A stretch of 64,000 nt of DNA from contig JAVZLQ010000004.1 of the NCBI GenBank assembly GCA_038883655.1, forward strand, positions 96,001 to 160,000, given 5' to 3'. The position numbers and the translations under genes are program-made. Below the pieces are notes generated by a model that was given only the letters and a program-made list of their open reading frames with translations, was not told where the DNA came from and ran no database searches. Shown here piece by piece: positions 30,010 to 39,384 of the stretch (positions within the stretch are counted from its first letter, which is position 1; the number at the start of each line of letters is the position of its first letter). The DNA comes from Candidatus Bathyarchaeia archaeon. GTDB taxonomy: Archaea > Thermoproteota > Bathyarchaeia > Bathyarchaeales > Bathycorpusculaceae.

Positions 30010-31047
30010 ATGGGTCTATTACAATTTACTGTAAGAAGACTTATTTTGTTAATACCTACTCTGATAGGGGTTACGTTACTCATTTTTGCGGTCACACAGC
30101 TGATATCCCCTGCTCAAAGAGCCCTACTTTATGTGACAAGCGATAAGCAGCTTGAAAAAATTGACTTGATAATTACTAAATATGGCTTAGATAGACCCTT
30201 CTATGAGCAATATTTTAATTGGATTGTTCAAGTTTTGCAAGGGAACTTAGGAATAGCGAAGTCTGCAGGTAATCAGCCAGTATTGAAAGTTTTGTTAGAT
30301 AGATTTCCAGCCACGTTAGAATTAACCTTGTATTCTGCTCCGTTGATTATCTTTTTCGGAATATATTTAGGAGTGAAATCCGCGGTACATCGCGATAAGG
30401 CCATCGACCATGTTACACGCGCTGCAGCAATTATCGGCTGGTCTCTTCCATCTTTTTGGTTGGGCATAGTGTTACTTGCCATATTCTATGGTGGACTTGG
30501 TTGGTTCCCTCCAAAGAGGCTGAGCACCGCAGCAGAAACTTTTGTGAATTCTGCGGCTTGGCATAAATATACTGGACTTTATACGATTGACGGCCTGCTT
30601 AATGGACAAATTTGGATAACAATCGACGCTTTTCGTCATCTAGTGTTGCCAGTCATCGTTTTAACCACAATTAATGTTGCTCTCTTAATTAGGGTTATGC
30701 GATCCAGCATGTTGGAGTCTCTTAGCAAAGGGTACATTGTTACTGCTAGAGCAAAAGGGCTGAAAAACTCAGTGGTTATTAACAAACATGCAAGGCGGAA
30801 CGCGTTAATTCCGGTGGTTACTCTTTCAGGCTTGCTAATTGCAGGTATGCTCGGCGGATTGATTATAACAGAGACGGTGTTTGCCTTCCCTGGCATTGGA
30901 CAGTTTGCTGCAAATGCCGCCCTTACCGGGCCTGACTTACCTGCGGTGCTTGGTTTTGCTCTTTTCACGGGAACGATTTTTGTGTTGGCCAATCTTATAG
31001 TAGACATTTTATATGCATATATAGATCCACGAATAAAGCTTGGGTGA
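30010..31047 (+). CDS. dppB: oligopeptide/dipeptide ABC permease B
   Basis: FPATLEL, RSSMLE..TARAKGL, HARRNA and TETVF motifs. Confidence 0.95.
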   Translation: MGLLQFTVRRLILLIPTLIGVTLLIFAVTQLISPAQRALLYVTSDKQLEKIDLIITKYGLDRPFYEQYFNWIVQVLQGNLGIAKSAGNQPVLKVLLDRFPATLELTLYSAPLIIFFGIYLGVKSAVHRDKAIDHVTRAAAIIGWSLPSFWLGIVLLAIFYGGLGWFPPKRLSTAAETFVNSAAWHKYTGLYTIDGLLNGQIWITIDAFRHLVLPVIVLTTINVALLIRVMRSSMLESLSKGYIVTARAKGLKNSVVINKHARRNALIPVVTLSGLLIAGMLGGLIITETVFAFPGIGQFAANAALTGPDLPAVLGFALFTGTIFVLANLIVDILYAYIDPRIKLG

Positions 31048-32038
31048 TTTGATGAAATTGGGATTGCGTTGGAAAGAATTTAGGACTTCATTGGATCCTA
31101 TGCTTAAAGAGTTAAGGTTTATTTTATCTAGAATAAAGAAAAGTCCGCTTTCTATCGTCGGCCTTGTTATAGTTGTGTTTTTTGTTTTTCTTGCAATATT
31201 AGCGCCTGTGCTTGCTCCTCCGATGCCTGGTTATGATCCGTACATGATGCCAAGAGAGAAACCTTATGGGCCAATACCTCAACCTCCAAGCGAGAAACAC
31301 CCGTTTGGGACAACGCCAGGGCAATATGACATTTACTATGGTTGCATATGGGGAACGCGGACAGCGTTTCGTATAGGAGTTCTCGTCGTGGCTATTTCAT
31401 TGCTTATAGGTGTTGTTATTGGAGGTTTCAGTGGCTATTACGGAGGAGTTGTTGATGAAATTATGATGCGTGTTACGGACGTGATTTTTGCCTTTCCAGG
31501 CCTGCTTTTATCGATAGCATTAGTTTTATCTTTGCCTGCCGTTATAACGTTAGATTTAGGCTTATTTAAATGGGATATACCGCTAACAACATTAGACAAA
31601 GTCTTAATTTCTTTTGTGCTCATAGGATGGCCAGGATATGCAAGGGTGATTCGTGGAGAAGTAATGCGTGTCAAAAATGAAGATTTTATAGAAGCAGCAA
31701 GGGCTGTTGGTTGTTCAAACCTTCGAATAATGACTAGACACATTTTTCCAAACGCTATTTATCCTATAATCATTATGGCCTCATTAGACATCGGTGGAAT
31801 AGTGCTTTCTGCTGCTGCCTTAGGATTTTTGGGAATTGGTTCCCCTGAAGGATACTCTGACTGGGGCAGGCTGATTGCGTTGTCTAGGGATTGGATATAT
31901 TCAACTCCTCAGAACCCATTTGAATACTGGTACCTATTCATAATACCGGGACTCTTTATCTTCTTCTTTGTCTTGGGCTGGAATTTATTGGGTGATGCTT
32001 TCAGGGATATTTTAGACCCAACATTAAGGAGACGATGA
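31040..32038 (+). CDS. dppC: oligopeptide/dipeptide ABC permease C
   Basis: HPFGT, EAARAVG, LGFLGIG and GDAFRDILDP motifs. Confidence 0.95.
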   Translation: MGDLMKLGLRWKEFRTSLDPMLKELRFILSRIKKSPLSIVGLVIVVFFVFLAILAPVLAPPMPGYDPYMMPREKPYGPIPQPPSEKHPFGTTPGQYDIYYGCIWGTRTAFRIGVLVVAISLLIGVVIGGFSGYYGGVVDEIMMRVTDVIFAFPGLLLSIALVLSLPAVITLDLGLFKWDIPLTTLDKVLISFVLIGWPGYARVIRGEVMRVKNEDFIEAARAVGCSNLRIMTRHIFPNAIYPIIIMASLDIGGIVLSAAALGFLGIGSPEGYSDWGRLIALSRDWIYSTPQNPFEYWYLFIIPGLFIFFFVLGWNLLGDAFRDILDPTLRRR

Positions 32039-33162
32039 TTATGGAAAAACCTCTACTAGATATCCAGGATTTAGTTTTAAGATTTTATACATATGAAGGT
32101 ATAGTTGAAGCTTTAGACGGCATAAAATTGACGCTGAAGGCAGGTGAAACGCTTGGACTTGTTGGTGAAACAGGATGCGGTAAGTCTGTAACAGGGCTTT
32201 CAACTCTTGTCCTTGTTCCACCCCCAGGTAGAATTGAGGGTGGGCGTGTGATTTTCAAACGGAAAGACAAAAGGTACGATCTGCTGAAGCAGCGTGATGT
32301 CTTTCTGAGAGCCGTTAGGGGCAAGGACATCTCCATGATTTTCCAAGATCCAAGATCAGCCCTGAATCCAGTATATACGGTTGGAGAACAGATTATAGAG
32401 GTCCTTTTGCTTCATCGGCGAGTGGAGTTATGTAAAAAGGTTTTTCAGCAAGGAAATCTTTCAAGGCTAGAGAAGTATGCTTATTTCAGACTACTTACAA
32501 ATCCGTATTCTATCCCTTTGAGAATCATATCACGGATACCCGTACTTAATCGATATAAACGTAAGATAAACCAATTGGCTAGAGAAGAAGCCATAAAAAT
32601 GCTTAGGATAATGCGTATACCCGACCCGGAAAGAGTCGTAGACATGTATCCCCACGAACTTAGTGGCGGCATGGCCCAGCGTGTTGTCATAGCGATGGCA
32701 CTTGCTTGCAATCCAGAACTTTTAATCGCAGACGAACCGACCACTAATCTTGATGTCACTGTTCAGCTTCAAATCTTAAACTTAATTAGAGAACTTAAGG
32801 AAAAGTACAGGTCGTCAATATTATATATAACACATGATATGGGAGTTGTCGCAGAATTATGTGATCGTGTAGCTGTTATGTATGCAGGAAATGTTGTCGA
32901 AATAGCAGGGGTCTATGAGATCTTCAAGAATCCTCTTCATCCATATACGAAAGGTTTATTAGAGTCTATTCCGCGTGCTGGGCATCCATTTAAATCGATT
33001 GAGGGCACTGTGCCAAGCCTGATAAATCCTCCAAAAGGCTGTAGGTTCCATGATAGGTGCCATTACGCTATGGACATTTGTGTTACTACGAAACCAGAAA
33101 TGGTGGAGGTTAAGAAGGAACATTTTGTAGCGTGTCATCTTTATCAGAGGGGACTTGAATGA
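32035..33162 (+). CDS. dppD: oligopeptide ABC ATPase D
   Basis: GETGCGKS, YPHELSGG, and the C-terminal GCRFHDRC...ACH Fe-S motif. Confidence 0.95.
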   Translation: MIMEKPLLDIQDLVLRFYTYEGIVEALDGIKLTLKAGETLGLVGETGCGKSVTGLSTLVLVPPPGRIEGGRVIFKRKDKRYDLLKQRDVFLRAVRGKDISMIFQDPRSALNPVYTVGEQIIEVLLLHRRVELCKKVFQQGNLSRLEKYAYFRLLTNPYSIPLRIISRIPVLNRYKRKINQLAREEAIKMLRIMRIPDPERVVDMYPHELSGGMAQRVVIAMALACNPELLIADEPTTNLDVTVQLQILNLIRELKEKYRSSILYITHDMGVVAELCDRVAVMYAGNVVEIAGVYEIFKNPLHPYTKGLLESIPRAGHPFKSIEGTVPSLINPPKGCRFHDRCHYAMDICVTTKPEMVEVKKEHFVACHLYQRGLE

Positions 33163-34211
33163 GTCGCTTAATTGCTGTTCGTAGGTTGAAAAAATATTAC
33201 CCCATATATGGTGGGGTTCTTAGGCGAAAAGTAGCTGAGGTGAAAGCTGTAGATGGCGTAAATTTGGATATAAAAAGAGGAGAATGTCTTGGCATAGTGG
33301 GTGAGTCTGGTTGCGGCAAGACTACATTAGCTAAAACAATAATTCGTTTACTTAGCCCGAGTGCTGGCAGTATATATTTCGCTGTTCCAGATGATGTTTT
33401 CGAGGAAATAGAGAAGTTGGAGAAGGATGGTACAGATAAGAAGAAACTGGATAAACTTCGTAAAGAGTATGATTTGGCCAAATTTAAAGGTAATAAGTTA
33501 AAGAAAATTAGAAGGAAAATGCAGATCGTATTTCAAGATCCAACGACTTCCCTTGATCCCAGAATGCTTGTCAAAGATATAGTTGGTGAACCTTTAATAG
33601 CGCAGAAGTTGGCTAGAGGACCGGAGGTTAAGAGAAGGGTTGTTGAAATATTAAATAGAGTTGGGCTTACTGAGAGGCATTTATATAGGTATCCGCACGA
33701 GTTTAGTGGCGGTCAGAGGCAGAGAATCGCCGTTGCTCGGGCGTTAGTGGTTAATCCGGATTTTGTTGTTTTAGATGAACCTACCTCTGCGGTTGACGTT
33801 TCCGTTAGGGCTCAACTTCTCAATCTGTTTCAAGAGTTACAGAAGAGCTTTAATCTAACTTATCTTTTTATAAGTCATGATTTAAGCGTTGTTGAATGTA
33901 TTTCTGATAGAGTTGGTGTTATGTATCTTGGAAAGCTGGTTGAACTTGCTTCTACTGCAGAAATTTATAAGAATCCATTACATCCTTACACTCTCGCTCT
34001 TTTCTCAGCGATTCCGGTTCCTGATCCCACTGTAAAGAGGGAGCGCATCATGCTTAGTGGTGATGTGCCAAGCCCTGTGAACCCACCTGCAGGTTGTAGG
34101 TTTCATCCACGTTGTTCTATAGCCATGGATGTTTGCCGCCAAGTTGAACCGGAGCTTATTGATGTTGGGCGGGAGCATATGGTTGCATGTCATGCAGTTA
34201 ATAAAGTGTAG
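33159..34211 (+). CDS. dppF: oligopeptide ABC ATPase F
   Basis: GESGCGKT, YPHEFSGGQRQR, GCRFHPRC...ACH. Confidence 0.95.
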   Translation: MSRLIAVRRLKKYYPIYGGVLRRKVAEVKAVDGVNLDIKRGECLGIVGESGCGKTTLAKTIIRLLSPSAGSIYFAVPDDVFEEIEKLEKDGTDKKKLDKLRKEYDLAKFKGNKLKKIRRKMQIVFQDPTTSLDPRMLVKDIVGEPLIAQKLARGPEVKRRVVEILNRVGLTERHLYRYPHEFSGGQRQRIAVARALVVNPDFVVLDEPTSAVDVSVRAQLLNLFQELQKSFNLTYLFISHDLSVVECISDRVGVMYLGKLVELASTAEIYKNPLHPYTLALFSAIPVPDPTVKRERIMLSGDVPSPVNPPAGCRFHPRCSIAMDVCRQVEPELIDVGREHMVACHAVNKV

Positions 34212-34222
34212 CTTTAGTTTAT

Positions 34223-34699
34223 TTATTGTTCTTTGATTAGTATTGTTATATTGCCGTATGCTTCGTCGCTGTCTATTCTTATTGTGAATGGGAAGTATCC
34301 GTCTTCTGTTTTTATGCTGCGGTAGGCGTACTGTAACTTTGGCAGCGTAATGTCTATTGTTTTGTTTTGCTTTATCTCGTCTATATATGGCCACTCTTCT
34401 AGTGGTGAAAATCCTGGGACTATTATGAGTACGTGATGCGCGTCTCCGCCGATTGCCGTGAGTTTGAAGCGTACTTGCGTGATGAATAAGTATTCGTTGG
34501 TGCTTCTGCTTTCATCCCATTCCGTTGGGATAGCGTCTTTAATTTCAAAATATTCGTTTGCTGGTACTTTTTGTCGTGACGGTTTGGGTGTTTGTGCTTC
34601 GCGGATCGCTGCTATGAGAATTACGGTTATTGCTATTGTAAAGAATGAGTAAATGTAAATTTTTCGAGTTTTTCGCCTTCTTTTTGCCTTTCTTTTCAT
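34223..34699 (-). CDS. membrane-anchored Ig-like hypothetical protein
   Basis: Basic N-terminus, TM, then a beta-rich domain. Confidence 0.7.
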   Translation of the reverse strand: MKRKAKRRRKTRKIYIYSFFTIAITVILIAAIREAQTPKPSRQKVPANEYFEIKDAIPTEWDESRSTNEYLFITQVRFKLTAIGGDAHHVLIIVPGFSPLEEWPYIDEIKQNKTIDITLPKLQYAYRSIKTEDGYFPFTIRIDSDEAYGNITILIKEQ

Positions 34700-34866
34700 G
34701 TGCGCTCACTAGTGATATTAAAATTTGAGCTTGTTTTCACATTAAGAGGTCTACGTTATAAGGGTGATTTGTGTTTCACATAAGTGTTTTGCTCTATTTT
34801 TAGTATATTTGAGTTTGCGACAAGTTTATTTTTAGATTTAGCATAACCTTTTTCGAGGAAGGCTAT

Positions 34867-35610
34867 TTGCTTCCAATAGGACTGAGAGTTCTCATTTCGT
34901 TATTCATTGGGTTCTTTGTTTTTAGGCCTGATGCTGTAGTTTTGTCTTATGGCGAGCCACCGCAGATTTTGGGAAGTATTGGTTATACCATTTCGACTGA
35001 TTCTGTCAGGTTTTTTGTTGTTGATGGTGTTGTTTATAATACTTTAGGTGCAAATGTTAAGTTGAATGTTACCGCTACCTTTTATGCAGCTCAGAATTTT
35101 TCGTTGGGAACTTCTTATGGCGGAACAAGTTTAAAGATATTGAGGCCTGGGCAGAAGGCGCCTTTTACCATTTATTTTGCGTTGAATTCCACCGATGATG
35201 TGTCACGTTATGACCTTGCTGTTTCTTATGTTGAAACTGACGAACAGCCTTTTGATGTTCTTGAGTTTAGGAATGTGGAAAATCGAAGCGAAGATTCGCG
35301 TTTGGTGATTGTTGGTGAGGTTTGGAACGGAAGGCCCTTTAAAGCTCTTAACGTTGGTGTTGCCTGTATTTGTTATAATGCTAGTGGAGGTTTTTGTGGC
35401 TTATATCGTACTTTTATTCGTTCAATTGACGGCGGAGAGTCTGGGAATTTTACAATTGGAATTGATGATCCGCTGCTTGTTGCTCGGTTTGATTTAGTTG
35501 CTTATTCTGGTGGTTATGAGTATACTTTCATTGCGAATTATGTTTTTTTTGCCTTTTTGGTTTTAGCCTTTGTTGTTTTCCTTGTTTTTATGAAGAGAAG
35601 GGGCTGGTGA
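34867..35610 (+). CDS. FxLYD-like two-domain surface protein with C-terminal TM
   Basis: Two V.G.V.N...FY/CY..G..LRPG/IDGGE..F repeats, then TM + KRRGW. Confidence 0.7.
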   Translation: MLPIGLRVLISLFIGFFVFRPDAVVLSYGEPPQILGSIGYTISTDSVRFFVVDGVVYNTLGANVKLNVTATFYAAQNFSLGTSYGGTSLKILRPGQKAPFTIYFALNSTDDVSRYDLAVSYVETDEQPFDVLEFRNVENRSEDSRLVIVGEVWNGRPFKALNVGVACICYNASGGFCGLYRTFIRSIDGGESGNFTIGIDDPLLVARFDLVAYSGGYEYTFIANYVFFAFLVLAFVVFLVFMKRRGW

Positions 35611-35623
35611 GCCGCTGAGCCGC

Positions 35624-35650
35624 TGGAAGAATGTTCCATAAAGCTTATTT
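35624..35650 (+). promoter_or_regulatory. conserved box TGGAA-N5-TTCCA plus TATA
   Basis: TGGAAgaatgTTCCA taaag CTTATTT upstream of the SBP-dockerin gene. Confidence 0.65.
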
Positions 35651-35711
35651 ATTTCACTTTTCATAAAATGTAGTGCAAGAAATTTGGGAGAGGTAAAGGA
35701 GAGAAAAGACT

Positions 35712-38360
35712 ATGAAGAAATCAACTTTAACGGCACTTTTGATTGTGGCGTTGATGTTTCCATTGATTGCTGTTCCGATGGTTCATGCGCAAGAACCAAC
35801 AGATCTTAAGCACCTGATTTTGGACACCATTGGTGAACCTCAAGATATTGATCCTGCGTGGGCTTATGATACTGCCAGCGCTGAACTTTTGATGAACATT
35901 TATGAGCCTCTGCTTTGGTTCAATCGTACCGAGATGGCCACTTATATTCCAAGACTTGCGGTAAGCTGGACTTTGGAGGCTATTGACGAGGTTAGTCCTG
36001 AAGGGCTGGAGTGGAAATCTAGGGTTACTTTTAAGTTGCGTGTTCCAGAAAATGGTTATGCTCCTGTTTACTTCCACAGCGATGGTGTGAATGATATTCC
36101 TGGTGAGGGTGCGCAGCTGACAGCTGTGGATGTTGAGTACACCTTTGAGAGACTGCTCATTACGGATGCTGCCACTGGCCCAAGCTGGATGGTTTGGGAG
36201 CCATTAACAGGCGGCTACGCCATGAGCGATTTGAACGAAACTCTAACAGACCTTGGCTGGCCAGTTAACGAGACAACTGGTTGGAACACGATGTGTGATG
36301 AGGCCATAGATCATGCTATTCAACAAAACGGAACGCACATTTGGTTTAACCTTATCATGCCATATGAACCGTTCTTACAAATAGTTGCTCAGAACTGGGG
36401 TGGAATACTAAATAAGGATTGGTGTGTATGGCACGGCGACTGGCCAGGCATGGAGGTCGGCGACGACTGGTACTTGTGGCATGACCCAGAAACTTCGCCA
36501 CTGTACAGTTCTGACCCGTCTGCTCCTGGTCCAAACTTGGACGCTGCTTTGGGTACTGGTCCATACATGCTTGACTATTGGAACAAGGGTTCAGGCAACG
36601 CTTGGTCCATAATTAAGAATCCGAACTACTGGATGGGTTGGGATACTCCATTCCATCCTGAAGGTTGGCCAGCAGGTGTAACAATTAACGGACACGTTGA
36701 GAGGTTCACTTCAAACTACATTCCTGAGTGGACCACGAGGCGGCTGAGGTTCCTTGGTGGTGTTTCAGATTTCTGCGCAGTTCCAAGAATGTACATGGGT
36801 CAAGTTTTGGGTCAGCCTGGAATAGACTGCATATATCCGCTGCCAGTGCTAGCGTGCGACGCGTTCTTCTTCAACTTCCTAGTAAAGGACACGAGCACAC
36901 ACTTGGGTAGAGTTCTGCCGAACGGCACGTTTGCAGAGGATGGATGTCCACCGAACATCTTTGAGGATCAAAACGTTAGGTTGGCATTCGCCCACATGTT
37001 CGATTACACAACCTTCCTATATGCAGCGTTCCTGAACGAGGCAGTTTCTCCGCCTACGCCAATAATTCCAGGATTAGCCTACCACGACCCGTCAATTGGA
37101 CAGACTGAAAACCCAGCGCTTGGAACAAAGAAGAAGTATGGAATTTCATTTGAGCCTCCAGACACTGAAGCATACAACTTGACATTGGCGGTGAAATACC
37201 TACAACAAGCATGGGGCGGCCAACTATGGGCGAACGGCTTCACAATGGATGCTGTTTACAATGAGGGCAACCTAGCAAGGCAAATAGCTGCTACTCTTAT
37301 TAAAGACGCCTTTGACTGGATTAACGCCCACTACGGCACAAAGTTCACTGTCAAAGTGACAAGCATTCCATGGGGCGCTTACAGAACAGAGCAAAGGGCA
37401 AGAGTTATGCCGTACTTCATCGTAGGCTGGCTGGCTGACTACCCAGACGCCCACAACTTTGCACACCCATTCATGCACAGCACTGGTGCATTCTCAAGGT
37501 GGCAAGGTTACAAGGGTGTAACAAGCTTCCCGAATGAGGAGTTTGATACACACATAGAGCAAGGCATTAACACGCTGAACCCAGCGGAGAGACAAGGCAA
37601 CTACACATGGCTACAGCAACACTATGTGGACTTCGCTCCGGGCTTTGTTACAGCGCAGGCTGCTGGAAGACACTTCGAAAGAGACTGGGTTGAGGGATGG
37701 TACTACAACCCAATCTACCCAGGAAACTATGTCTACGACTTGTGGAAGGCAATAGCCGTAACACCAAAGCCTGTTGATGTAGCCGTAACAGCAATAACAA
37801 GTGTTAAGACAATTGAAATAGGCTATCCATATCCGGACAACAAGCCCATACTACCATTCCCATCACCAATAGAAGTTGACGTTGAAAGAATAGACACAAA
37901 CACTGAAGTGCCAGCAATCCAAGTGATTATCGGTTTAGGCTTAAGAAACGTTGAAACTGGCAGAGAAATAATCTTAGACGTTGACCTTGCAACATTAACA
38001 ATCGGCGAAAGCTACACTGCGGAATTCTATGACTTCATACAAGATCCAAACGCGCCAATAGAGCCAGGCACCTACGTGGTGTTTGCCCAAGTCCTAGTCA
38101 TATCAGGATTCGCATATGACTCGGACGCTTCCAATAACAAGTTAAATGATGGCACAGTAGAAGTCGGCTACCTAGTTGGAGATGTCAACGTGGACGGCAG
38201 CGTCGACATGGCTGACATTTCAATCGCGATTGACGCGTTCATGACGTATCCTGGACACCCAGCATTTGACTTCAGATGCGACGTGCTCGAAGACCTCACG
38301 ATCGACATGGGTGACATTTCGTTCCTAATCGACTTATTCATGGTATCGTTTGACCCATAA
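35712..38360 (+). CDS. dppA: OppA/DppA family substrate-binding protein fused to CARDB-like domain and C-terminal dockerin
   Basis: DPAWAYD, GTGPY and GWLADYPD family-5 SBP motifs; dockerin at 38178-38357; no lipobox or C-terminal TM. Confidence 0.9.
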   Translation: MKKSTLTALLIVALMFPLIAVPMVHAQEPTDLKHLILDTIGEPQDIDPAWAYDTASAELLMNIYEPLLWFNRTEMATYIPRLAVSWTLEAIDEVSPEGLEWKSRVTFKLRVPENGYAPVYFHSDGVNDIPGEGAQLTAVDVEYTFERLLITDAATGPSWMVWEPLTGGYAMSDLNETLTDLGWPVNETTGWNTMCDEAIDHAIQQNGTHIWFNLIMPYEPFLQIVAQNWGGILNKDWCVWHGDWPGMEVGDDWYLWHDPETSPLYSSDPSAPGPNLDAALGTGPYMLDYWNKGSGNAWSIIKNPNYWMGWDTPFHPEGWPAGVTINGHVERFTSNYIPEWTTRRLRFLGGVSDFCAVPRMYMGQVLGQPGIDCIYPLPVLACDAFFFNFLVKDTSTHLGRVLPNGTFAEDGCPPNIFEDQNVRLAFAHMFDYTTFLYAAFLNEAVSPPTPIIPGLAYHDPSIGQTENPALGTKKKYGISFEPPDTEAYNLTLAVKYLQQAWGGQLWANGFTMDAVYNEGNLARQIAATLIKDAFDWINAHYGTKFTVKVTSIPWGAYRTEQRARVMPYFIVGWLADYPDAHNFAHPFMHSTGAFSRWQGYKGVTSFPNEEFDTHIEQGINTLNPAERQGNYTWLQQHYVDFAPGFVTAQAAGRHFERDWVEGWYYNPIYPGNYVYDLWKAIAVTPKPVDVAVTAITSVKTIEIGYPYPDNKPILPFPSPIEVDVERIDTNTEVPAIQVIIGLGLRNVETGREIILDVDLATLTIGESYTAEFYDFIQDPNAPIEPGTYVVFAQVLVISGFAYDSDASNNKLNDGTVEVGYLVGDVNVDGSVDMADISIAIDAFMTYPGHPAFDFRCDVLEDLTIDMGDISFLIDLFMVSFDP

Positions 38361-38485
38361 ACGCCAACAAACATCCAAAAATTCCCTTTTCTTTTTTAAT
38401 ATTTATGCGTGCAACATCGTTATGAAACTCAAATTCGATTCGACAGATTAATAAATTGGACTTATAAAATTTAATCAGCCAAAAG

Positions 38486-39238
38486 GTGGGAGATTTGAGG
38501 AAACTTGCCTTAACATTAACGTTGATATCGCTTCTCCTCACGCTTCTAAACATAACTGGGCCAATAAGATTTCAAGAAGCTAAGGCGCAAGGAACAACAT
38601 TAGCCGTAAGCAAAATCTACAACGTAAACCAGACAGGAACTTTACTAGTCAACATAACTGTTTCAGAAGTTTCAGGCATGTTTGGATGGATTATAAGTCT
38701 ACAATGGGATCCAAGCGTATTGCAGGTGAACACCGGAGACAAGAACGGGCTTCTTAAAAGCAGAGTTTACTACAACATTTACGAAGGCGACTTCATGAAA
38801 AACGTAAGCGCAACAAGTTTTTCGGTGAATAGGGTAGACAATGCGACGGGCAACATTACGAATCTCTCATGCTTCTTCAAGGTTACGGGCACCACGGTTA
38901 GCGGCAGCGGGCTTCTCGCCACAATAAACTTTACACTGTTGGAGGTCGGCACAACCGCAATAAACGTTACATATTCTTCACTAATTAACAGGGATGGAAA
39001 GGGAATAGACCACATAGTAGTATCAGGTTTAGTCACAGATCAGCCCGAACCTCCTCCACCGCCAATTTGGACGCAGTTCTGGTTCCAGGCAACCCTTGTA
39101 ACAGTGATGGTCGTTGTTGTAATTCCCGCGCTAATTATAAAGAGGTTGAGCGGCAAAACGAGTTTAACAGCTGAGGACATAGAAAAGATAATGGGGTACG
39201 AGGAGAACGTTGAGGGCGAACCTCTAAACGAAGATTAG
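38486..39238 (+). CDS. single-cohesin membrane anchor protein
   Basis: Signal peptide; cohesin pattern VNITV...GW..L.WDPSVL..EGDF..SGSGLLATINF; PEPPPPP linker; TM; cytoplasmic tail. Confidence 0.8.
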   Translation: MGDLRKLALTLTLISLLLTLLNITGPIRFQEAKAQGTTLAVSKIYNVNQTGTLLVNITVSEVSGMFGWIISLQWDPSVLQVNTGDKNGLLKSRVYYNIYEGDFMKNVSATSFSVNRVDNATGNITNLSCFFKVTGTTVSGSGLLATINFTLLEVGTTAINVTYSSLINRDGKGIDHIVVSGLVTDQPEPPPPPIWTQFWFQATLVTVMVVVVIPALIIKRLSGKTSLTAEDIEKIMGYEENVEGEPLNED

Positions 39239-39311
39239 TGTGGCTATTATTTCTCTGAAATGAGTGTTTTTCAACATATTTATTTCATGTTCGAAACATT
39301 TCTTTTTTCGG

Positions 39312-39338
39312 TAGAAGATTTCTCCATAACATTTAAAT
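39312..39338 (+). promoter_or_regulatory. conserved box TAGAA-N5-CTCCA plus TATA
   Basis: TAGAAgatttCTCCA taaca TTTAAAT. Confidence 0.6.
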
Positions 39339-39384
39339 TGGCAGAGTGCGTAGTAATTTTTGCAAAAAGGAGAAGGGAGAAAAT

